Assembly (NCBI RefSeq): GCF_018977255.1
Contig: NW_024704821.1
Location: 186,001 to 229,337 of the forward strand
Direction of reading: 5' to 3'
From: Callorhinchus milii
Lineage: Eukaryota
DNA: 43,337 nucleotides
The notes under the pieces were generated by a model. The model did no database searches. It was given only the letters and a program-made list of their open reading frames with translations, and was not told the DNA's origin. Every line of letters starts with the position of its first letter. The stretch's first letter is position 1. Positions 34,336 to 43,337 of this stretch are shown one piece after another. The position numbers were made by a program, and so were the translations under genes.

Positions 34336-35134
34336 ATGTATCTCTATGTGGCAGCAGTGATCATTACCTTATCAGGTAAGCGATAAACTCACTCGTTCAG
34401 TCTGGTCCCTGCAAATAAAATCCAATGCTTATGTTTTATTGCAAACAATAACCAATATGCGACAGGGCTTTGGCGTTCGACTGGCGGCACAGGTTAAAAC
34501 CTTCGGCAAGTATCCTTACTCCACACACACGCCGGTGTTGACCTGTCAGTACGTGGGCTTCCGATTATAAGTCGATTCGCCGATGCCTTTTGTGGTGTGA
34601 TAATCCCTTTAAAAAATTACCTATGATAACATGGGCTCGCCATCCAGAACTCGTTAGCGGTTACTTCTGTGCGCATACGATGCGGTGCTTTGCCCAGAAA
34701 ATACACTTAATGTGAATTACATGAAGCGCTTGGACATTTCCAAGCTGCGGTAAGTCGCTATATGAATTGAAAGCTTTATCAACGTGATTATAATTATGAA
34801 TGTTGTTGCATTGTGTCTGTTTCCCAGGATATTGTGGAGGTGATTCAGTGACGCAGCTCGAATCTTTTTTAACAGTGAATGAAGGAGAGGATGTTAGTCT
34901 CCAGTGTAATTACACAACTACAAGCAACACTCCCTATCTGTTCTGGTACCGTCATTATCCCAACAGAGCTCCAGAATATATCCTTTGGACATACAGCAGG
35001 GGCCAACCGCAACATGCAGACTTTGCAAAAGAACGTTTCTCAACGAAAGTGGATGAAAGTCGTCGAACCGTCCCATTAAGTATAGCCCAAGTGAGAGTTG
35101 CAGACTCCGCGGTGTATTACTGTGCACTGAGCCC
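34336..35134 (+). CDS. TCR V segment, family D copy 2, apparently functional (leader 34336-34375, V exon 34828-35134)
   Basis: First family ATG is ACG; the second ATG gives MYLYVAAVIITLS-G/GTAAGC. Open exon ...LQCNYT...WYRHYP...ERFSTKV...DSAVYYCALSP. Confidence 0.88.
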
Positions 35135-35173
35135 CACAGAGGCACAGAGCAGCCATTCCGCCCTACAAAAACT
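35135..35173 (+). other. 23-RSS of D2
   Basis: CACAGAG, 23 nt, ACAAAAACT. Confidence 0.92.
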
Positions 35174-35373
35174 GCCATGTGGAGTCCTGTAGCTCAGTGG
35201 TTACACCACTCGCAAGCAGCAAGCAGGCGAGATACGTCGGTTCGTTTCACGGCAAAGCGCTTTGAGGCTTTTCGAAGATATGCTTTGGCACTATAATAAT
35301 TGCAAAGATTATTATTGCTAAATATGTTCATGTTATTTTCACAGAAATAGCTTCATATATTTTGCATTCTGGG

Positions 35374-35697
35374 GAGACCTGTAGCTCAGTGGTTAGAGCA
35401 CTCGCTTTGCAAGCGAGAGACCTGAGTTCAATTCCAGGCAGAGGGCGAAACCCTGGCCAAGTTTCCTTACTCCACACAGAGCCTAATAGTAATCCCTCCA
35501 AAACCCAAAATAATAATAAATTGGTCATTTTCAATCCACGACTGTTTGTAGGACATTGCTGTGCGCAATTGGCTGCCGCGTTCGCCCACAAATATACAGT
35601 CAATTCACTTTACAGTGTGTTCTGTGAAGCGCTTTGGGCCGTCCTCCCGACGTGAAAAGCGCTATATCAAATGCAAAGATTATTGTTATTATTATTA
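35374..35697 (+). mobile_element. tRNA-derived SINE, full length (duplicate of 23381-23712)
   Basis: Same flanks as the 23381 copy. Confidence 0.9.
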
Positions 35698-37089
35698 CCT
35701 GCACGATGACGTGTCTTCCCATGTTCTTTGAATAAAGGGTAAAAAATAAGAAACCTTCACTTGCATTTACGTAGTGAAATTCGTAACGGGAAATTTATGA
35801 CGGGCCGAAAACTGTTTGCTATCAACTGTCTCCAAATGCACAAATGCTGCAGCTGCAATCCGCCAGCAGGTATCGCAATAGAAACATATATATCATGAGC
35901 TCCGACTGACATAACTTGTCACATTCCTTTCTGCAGCTTACATACTTGGCAGCAATAACAGGTGCTTCTTGTTACAGTTGACATAGTTCACTCATAAACA
36001 CTGTTGCTGCTTCAGCTGAAGTGTAAAAATCTTGTCTGAAAAATGATTAGCACAAAACTTACATTGCTCGAGAAGCATCAGTTGTGTCACTTTTTATATG
36101 TGTTGTATTTCTGCAACATAAGCAGCGGCCTTTATGTGGATCTCACTGCGGTAATAAATGTGTTAATTTTTGTAAAGAACAATACGGTCATTGATATTGG
36201 TTTAGTTTGAAAAAGAGATTACAACCGCCCTAGTTTAACTAAATTTAAGAATTCAAGAACTATCTCGTATAGCATGTGAGCTGAAACTGCCGAACTGGGT
36301 CCAAAACCAACAACATTCAGACTCATAACAGCAAGTACCGGTGACAGAGGCAGATTTGTACCTCAGTCATGATGATAGAAAGTAAACCTTTTTCTAAAGC
36401 TGGGCTGCTTGGTTCAAAATCAACCCAGTGAGTGCATTCAGATCAATAATGAAAATAAAAATGAGCATTTGTTATAGAACCATATTGCGTCATGGAGGCG
36501 TCTGAAAGCGCTTCAAAGAATATACTTTAAAACAAAATTGTGAGTGGGTGAAACGCGACTACTCACATCCTGGCCCAGAATTTCTCGCCTCCAATCCGCG
36601 GCAGATCAACTTCGTGATCCTCACAGGAGAAAGTAACATCAACAGAGAAATGTTGTCACCTCAATCTTGATGTCAGAACGTAAACCTTTATCCTTTCAAG
36701 GCTCTGCTGCATGTCTCAACCATTCATCAACTTAATAAATGCATTCATTTTAATAATAAAGTTTAAAATAAAAATAAAGTTTTCATTTGATGTGGTACTG
36801 ATCACATCTTACAGACATCTCAAAGCAGTTTACATAATAAATTGTAAAGGGAAATGTCACTGTATGAAATGTATGTCAATGTTCCCATCCAAGCCCAGAC
36901 CCATTGGATCCCAGTCGCCATCAGATCAAGTTCAAGTTCCTCTGGTTAGTGGGAAACGCCTACAATTGTACAAAATAATCCATTCAACCCGTCAGATCAG
37001 CCGCTGCTTCACAACTTGTCGCTGAAGCAGCAACACAGCGATATACAAAGGAAGAGATACCATTATCTGTCCACACCTCAGCAGCCAAC

Positions 37090-37866
37090 ATGACAGCTCA
37101 CTGCCAGTTACTGATAGCAATCCTCACCATAGCCAATAAGTGTGTGAGGACATGCACAGCGCATGCTTTTTTACATTATAAAATTTCCGAAGCATAATGT
37201 TTAGAGAGGTCGCCTCACCAGCGAGAGAACCCGAGTTTGATTGCCGGGCAATGAAACCTTTCAATGCGTTTGCTTGCACCTCACCAATCTGTTTCCACAG
37301 CAGTAAGTAGGAAACATGTTGATAGTCGATTCCCCGATCGCTATCGGAGGTCAATAACCCATTATCGTACAAATCAATATACAATAATATCGGTGAAATA
37401 CTGCGGTGTTCAATTGTCTGCTCAGTTTCGCCAAAAATATAATCAATTCGCTTTGCAATATATTCTGTGGTTTCTTTGAGACTGATGTACTGTGCGGTAA
37501 CGTGCTCTATAAAGTGGATAAAAGCGAATTATAAGTTGCTCGGAAACATGTGTTGCTCTTGTTCTTGCAGAAGTTAGCGGGCAAGATGTTGTATCCCAAT
37601 ATCCTCGCGAGAAAACAGAAATTGAAGGGCAAGACCTGGCACTAAACTGCAATGTTTCAAGATTGGACACTGTCTTCTGGTACAGGCAAAACCCCGGCGG
37701 AGCTCTTCAATACGCGCTCAGGATATTTACCTCTGGAACGGTAGACAAATCTCCTGATCTACCTGAACGATTCACTGCTGAGCTGATCAAGGAGAATAAA
37801 GTAACTAAGCTGCAGATACTCGGGCGTTGTGGGTGACAGCGCTGTGTATTACTGTGCCCTGGACCC
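37090..37866 (+). pseudogene. TCR V pseudogene, family E copy 2 (leader 37090-37135, V exon 37571-37866)
   Basis: Donor GTAAGT changed to ATAAGT at 37136; 2-nt loss in FR3 (ctcgggcgttgtgggtga); RSS spacer 21 nt. Confidence 0.9.
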
Positions 37867-37903
37867 CACACTGTTACAGGAAGGCAATCCCCGTACAAAA
37901 ACT
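37867..37903 (+). other. RSS of E2 with 21-bp spacer
   Basis: CACACTG, 21 nt, ACAAAAACT. Confidence 0.88.
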
Positions 37904-38589
37904 CAGCAGAAAGTCATGACTTCCGCTCACACATTTATTTGTGCTTTCAACAAACTGATGTGGTTATACAGTATTAACAAGGAGAGTGGTGTAAACAGGC
38001 TGTGCTGTCTTGTTGTACATGGGATTAAGCAGTCGTTTTGCAAGCTGGGGAACGGAAAAAACGCTTTTCCTGCCAGCAGACAGCGGTTGAACATAACAAC
38101 AAAAGAGAACTAATGCACCAGAATGTAGCCCAAAATAGATATACCTCACCAAGACTTGTCTCTTGCCTATCAGCACCCAGTAATCTGTTAAATTAAGCAA
38201 ACACTATGCGATCCTCCAGGGAGGAAGAGCAAATTCGTTTCCATAGGCACATTTACACGCGAAGATGGCATATATATGTGGAACTGATGTATGTGTTTTC
38301 GTGAACTGGAATATGGGTGTAACTGTGTGCAGACACACTGCTCTACAAAGACATGTCACTGATGGAAGAGAACCATTGGATGAGTGAGATGGCAGAGCAG
38401 AGAAGGTGACGCACAATGACAGAAACACAAGGTTTGTACATAACATTCAGACCTGCTCCCTCACATTATGTGACAACTTCTGTATGTTATTTCCTGTTGA
38501 GCTCTCCTCACGGTATCTTACAGCCTCCCAGCCAACTTTCTCCAACTCCACCATCAACGCTCTCACAACGTCCCGTGACATTAATACAT

Positions 38590-39432
38590 ATGACAATGTA
38601 TGTCTATGTGGTAGCAGTGATCATTACCTTGTCAGGTAAGCGACAAACTCGCTCTATTAGTCTGCTTCATGTGCATACTATCCAATGAATATATATTTTT
38701 GCATTACATAACCAATACGGTACACGACTCATGCATTCCTGCAGCAAACGTGTTGACTTGGGTTTAGTTCCCGGCTTGGACATAGCGAAACCTCAGGCAA
38801 GTTTCCTTCTTCCAGAAACGCACCACTTTTTACATCGAGATATGTAGGTACCCGTTCGTTGGTCGATCGTCGGATCAGTTTTCGGTGTTAATAATCGCTT
38901 AACAGGTACCAGTAATAATAATGCTGTCAGTTAATCCATGACTTTTTATTAGGAGAATGCTGTGCGCAATTTGCTGCCACGTGTCGCCCACACAATACAC
39001 ATACTCAGAATGTTCTATGAAGCATTTGGAGACGCAATGATGTAGTATGGCGCTGTATGAAAAGCAATAATTTGTATTATGATTATTGTTATGGTATTGA
39101 ACGCTGATATGGGTCTGGTTTCCAGGACATTGTGGAGGAGACGCTATAACACAGCTCCAATCTACAGTGACTGAAAGGGAGGATGTTTACCTGCAGTGCA
39201 ATTATACAGCTACAAGCGAATACAATACCTATCTGTTCTGGTACCGTCACTTTCCCAACAAATCTCCAGAATATATCCTTAGCACAGACACCAACAACAG
39301 GATCAAGAAAGGCGCGGAATTTGAAGAAGAAAGTTTCTCAACGAATGTGTCTCAAGCGGAAAGAACCGTCCCATTAAATGTATTGCAAGTGAGAGTTACA
39401 GACTCCGCGGGGTATTACTGTGCACTGAGCCC
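38590..39432 (+). CDS. TCR V segment, family D' copy 2, open frame (leader 38590-38635, V exon 39126-39432)
   Basis: Nearly identical to D'1 (FSTNVS versus FSRNVS). Confidence 0.88.
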
Positions 39433-39471
39433 CACAGAGGCACAGATCAGCGGTTCCGCCCTAAAAAAATT
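39433..39471 (+). other. 23-RSS of D'2 (weak nonamer)
   Basis: CACAGAG, 23 nt, AAAAAAATT. Confidence 0.85.
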
Positions 39472-42395
39472 GCCATGTGGGGTCCTGTGGCTCAGTGGTT
39501 ACAGCACTCGCCTCACAAGCGATAGACGTTGGTTCAATGACCTGCAGAACGAAACATTGTGCAACATTCTTTATTCCACAGAGTAGTCACTGGTTAACAG
39601 CAGTAAATAGGAAGCAGGCTGTTAATCGATTGGAGGATCGCTTTTTCAGAGGCAATATTTCCTTCTGCATAATAGTGTTAATAGTAAATTTGTTACTTCA
39701 TCCAATTAGTCACCGATAATTACAATTTGCTGCCGTGCTTCGTCCACACAGCCACTGCCACGCTGCGTCACTCAATCACTGCCCCTCACACTATGCAGTC
39801 AATTCGTTTTCTGCATATTCAATGAAGCACTGAGTGGCATCTCAAAGATGTGATGTGGCGCTATATCAAATGCAACAATAAATATTATTGCTATTAACTG
39901 TAGTCATCTTATCATCAAAGTAATAATACAAAATGTCTTGCTTTCTGGGGAGCGCTGCCACATGTACGATTCTTTCTATGCTGCATTGATAAGTAAGTAA
40001 ACATCAAAACAAACAAGTTCCGTTTAAATTGCTTCAACAAAAACTATCTGTAGAGAAACTGTTTCTTCTGGTGGTTGGGGAAATGCAGAATAATGGTGCA
40101 TTAGAGCCAGTCCAGTTAGCAGAGAAATTGGTAGGAAAAAATTACGAAAAATTTAAGGAAATCTGGAAAACGTCCACAAAGATTCTGGAGATGTTCGTTC
40201 CATTCATATTTTCCAGACTGAGTTGGATACATTTATTTTAGCTCAGAATTTCAAGGGTTACGGAGAAAAGGTTAGAATATGTGTTGAGAGATAAATCAGA
40301 CATGATGTAATATAACGTTGCACCAAACTCAAGGACCTGATGGTCTGCTCCTATTCCTATTTAGCGCTTTCCACGTATGGGAGCGTCTTGGCGAGTCACT
40401 AAAGAAACGAAACCATTTAGTGTATTGAAGTTAAAGAAGAATGAACATTACATTTCATTTAAAGTCTAGTGAGCACATTTGACTTGCGACGACGTCCTGA
40501 CATGAACTGACTTGAATAAATGTCAATATGTTGTCACTCTGGTGCAAAATGCTCCCAGTCAGCTAACTGTTCAGTCAAATGATATAATCGATGAAACAAT
40601 AAGACAAGGAATTCAATAGAAATGGAGGAGCAAGTGGCGCAGCAAGTGTTAGCACAGAGACACGTCAATGTAAAAGAATGTGAATGACACCGAATATCCG
40701 AGTGTTCCAGAGAGGAATAGAAAATAAGGGGAACGAGCAGGGAAACTAGACTAATGCATAAACTTCCTGTGCGGAAGATAGCACCAAGGAAAGGCAAGAC
40801 GGGCCCAAAATAATTATGCTATGAAACCTCTCCAATTGTGTACGTGTTGTAGCTACAATCCACCAGCAGATGGCGAACTAAACAAACACAAATAACATGA
40901 GCTGCAACTCACATAACACGTCACGCTCCTTTCCGTAACTAACTTCCTTTGTAGCAGTAACAGGTGCTTCCTGTTGCAGTTGACATATTTCACTCATACA
41001 CACTATTGCTGCTTCAACAGAAATGTTAAAATATTTGCCTAAATTATTAACACAAGGCCTAGTTTGCTCATGAAACAATTTTTATCTCACCTATTTTATA
41101 TTTTTTCACGATTAGCAGCCGCTCTTGAATTATTTTCTCTGCGGTATAGCAATTCTCTGTTGACATTTGTTACAGTATCGGCTTCTGCCACCCTTTCAGG
41201 TAATGCATTCAAGATCAGTGGCAGTGTGAAAAATAAATCTGCTTCTCACAGTTTGTTCAGGCAACAACATTAAACGTGAACATTAAGATATTTAATACGT
41301 TTATTACTATACAATTTAAAAGGATCATTGATATGTCATCCCGCCACTGAAACATTCAAAAGCGACGAAACTGCTCACTGTGACATATAGTTTGGGTTAT
41401 GTTCTGATGCTCTGGACTGACACTCTAGAGCAGGCCTGGCTGCCTGTATTGTCGGTGAAGCCTGTCCTACCGAGGAGATATTAAACCGAGGTCCAGGCGG
41501 CTTGCATAAAGAGACTATAATGATGCCATTGCACTGCTCGAGAAAGAGCAAGATTTGTACGGGTGTCTGAACAGACTTTCCATCGGTAAAATTCATCTTT
41601 CGTTCTTAACTGTTCGTAGGAAAGTGTTGCATACAAATTGTTTGAGGAGGTTTGGGACGTTTCGACTAAATGACAAGGCTGTATTTGATAAAAGCTTTTC
41701 TGAAACCCGAATACTAAAAACATTAGTAAGGGTACATCTTGTTCAACATTGTAATCATAACGACAATAAAAGCAAAAGTTGCATTTGATATACTGCAATA
41801 ATACGTCATTGAGACGTCTCAGAGCTCTTCGCAGAATACGCTGAAAAGCGTAGTGACTATATTTTTTGATGCCAATTGTGTACAGCAGTGTCCCACAAAA
41901 AGCTGTGGTTTGAGTTGCCAGATTTTTCGGCGCTGTGTGATTAGGAGAGTGTGGAAGGTGGGGTGGAGGGGGGGGTTTAGGGTTAGGTTAGGTGTGGGGC
42001 GTTAGATTGTCTTGTGTGGGCCAATCGTGGTAGCCAAATATGTAAAACGGCGGCCCAAAAAATATTGTGGATTGAGTGACCTGATTGCGTGGCACTATAT
42101 GTGTTTCTGTGAGGGGCGTGGAGGGGGCGGAGCGCTCTAATGCAACGGAAGTGATTGGGCGACGCGTCTCAGTGCGGGCGGGGCAGTGACTGAGTGACGC
42201 AGCTCTGTGGGCGTGGCAGTGGCAGTGTGGGCGGGTCTATCTGTGGGCAGGGCAGTGACTGAGTGATGTTGCTCTGTGTGCGTGGCAGTGGCTGCGTGGG
42301 AGTGGCCCTGTGTGGGCGGGGATGTAACTGTGCGGCTACTGACCTAAAAGCCCCATCAGTCCACATTGGGTAGTTAATGTCGGACACGGATCAGG

Positions 42396-43173
42396 ATGCT
42401 CATGTGGGAGACATGTGCTGTGCTCTCAATCACTCTCAGCTTACTTTTCCGTTAGTAACTTTTATATATCTTTTTTAACATCTTGTTATAACTTTTACAA
42501 CAAGGTAACATTAATAATCCTTTGATTATATATTGCGCCTTTCCATATATTCGAGACGATTGTCAGCAGCAATTTTGATCAAATATTCTCATCGATTTAG
42601 TGTCCAAATTATTATCTATTTTATTATTGTTATTTCATTGAAGGACTAATTACCCCTGGTAACAGAGATGCCAATCGAATAAAAAACTTGTTTCTATTTA
42701 CTGCTTGGTAAACAGAGGAGCATGGAGCAAGGAAAATTGCCTAAGCTTTCGCCCTGCCCTGCTGTAAAAGCCAGATCCATTTGCTTGTGAGGCGATTGCT
42801 CTCAACACTACACTGCAGGAATCCACAGAAGACAAACTTGCTGCTCAACAGTATTTTCTTGTAAATCACAGGAAACAGCCTGCAAGACATTGGGAATCAA
42901 CCGATTGCTGAATATCAATTGAAGAGGGAAAAGATGTGAAATTATCCTGCACCTTATTGAAAATCAGTGATGCCAACTCTCTTTACTGGTACCGACAAGC
43001 TTCCAGGAACTCTCCTGTCTACATACTTTACTTCTCTTTCAGGGAAGGATTATATGAGCTCTGACTTCCCACATCGATTCTCCTCCACCGTCATGAACGA
43101 ATGAAGATTTCGAACTGAGTATTGTCACCGTCCTGATCAGGGACAGTGCCGTGTATTACTGCGCCAAAGAGGC
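42396..43173 (+). pseudogene. TCR V pseudogene, family C copy 3 (leader 42396-42450, V exon 42872-43173)
   Basis: Shares the C2 FR1 frameshift, plus extra small indels near 43032 and 43092-43098. Confidence 0.85.
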
Positions 43174-43212
43174 CACACTGCTGCCGAGCTATGGCGACTC
43201 CGTACAAAAACT
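43174..43212 (+). other. 23-RSS of C3
   Basis: CACACTG, 23 nt, ACAAAAACT. Confidence 0.92.
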
Positions 43213-43235
43213 GCAACGGTTCATTTGCTGCTGAA

Positions 43236-43250
43236 CCGCCAGGGGGAGCC
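43236..43250 (+). promoter_or_regulatory. CTCF-like motif 23 bp 3' of the C3 nonamer
   Basis: CCGCCAGGGGGAGCC. Confidence 0.68.
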
Positions 43251-43337
43251 ATTGCATCAAGTCAAATTAAACAGCATTTATGTCTCTTTACTTACAGAGA
43301 CCCTTGTCATATTGGTTTGACGTTAGCTAATTCAGTT

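Larger units (their letters stand above)
1403..43212. other. Germline TCR alpha/delta-type V gene array of a cartilaginous fish (14 V segments, all with 3' RSS of the 23-bp class)
   Basis: Repeated leader-intron-V exon-RSS units with Cys23, W-Y-x-Q/H and D-x-A-x-Y-x-C motifs. C-terminal CAV/CALSP/CALDP endings resemble TRAV/TRDV. Alpha versus delta cannot be assigned without J/C. Confidence 0.9.
34770..43337 (+). repeat. Second copy of a ~12 kb tandem segmental duplication (first copy ~22770-31285)
   Basis: Offsets about 12.0 kb: 25071/37090, 26589/38590, 30338/42396. Long stretches read identical. Confidence 0.92.

Noticed and set aside
1403-43212. NAR-TCR, TAILV or IgH VH segments
   Set aside because: Every V has its own leader exon (NAR-TCR supporting V-delta genes lack one), none has a CDR1 extra Cys or IgNAR-like short FR2/CDR2, and none has a WVRQ VH framework. 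The CAK ending of family C alone is not enough.

Overview
Eukaryotic genomic DNA from a cartilaginous fish. The dominant SINE and the GPCR family suggest a chimaera or shark, possibly Callorhinchus milii; this is recalled similarity, not a search result. The window is part of a germline T-cell receptor alpha/delta-type V-gene array. I can resolve 14 V segments, each with a phase-1 leader exon, a V exon and a 3' RSS (heptamer, 23-bp spacer, nonamer; one spacer is 21 bp). I group them informally into families A, B, C, D, D' and E. Seven have open frames and seven are disabled. Two V genes and a two-exon GPR139/GPR142-like class A GPCR with a GC-AG intron lie on the minus strand at left. Twelve V genes lie on the plus strand in the order C-B-A-D-E-D'-C-B-D-E-D'-C, which includes a recent ~12 kb tandem duplication. 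Intergenic DNA is rich in tRNA-derived SINEs, CR1/L2 fragments and simple repeats. The most interesting signals are: CTCF-like motifs 23-24 bp 3' of every family C RSS; SINE Pol III promoter heads abutting the RSS of families B and D/D'; a 69-bp multimerised GC-box/CRE promoter with a G4-like tract upstream of family C; a 40-bp templated insertion of that promoter repeat elsewhere; and the GPCR inside the V array, whose stop codon appears to come from a SINE tail. No D, J or C segments are visible.
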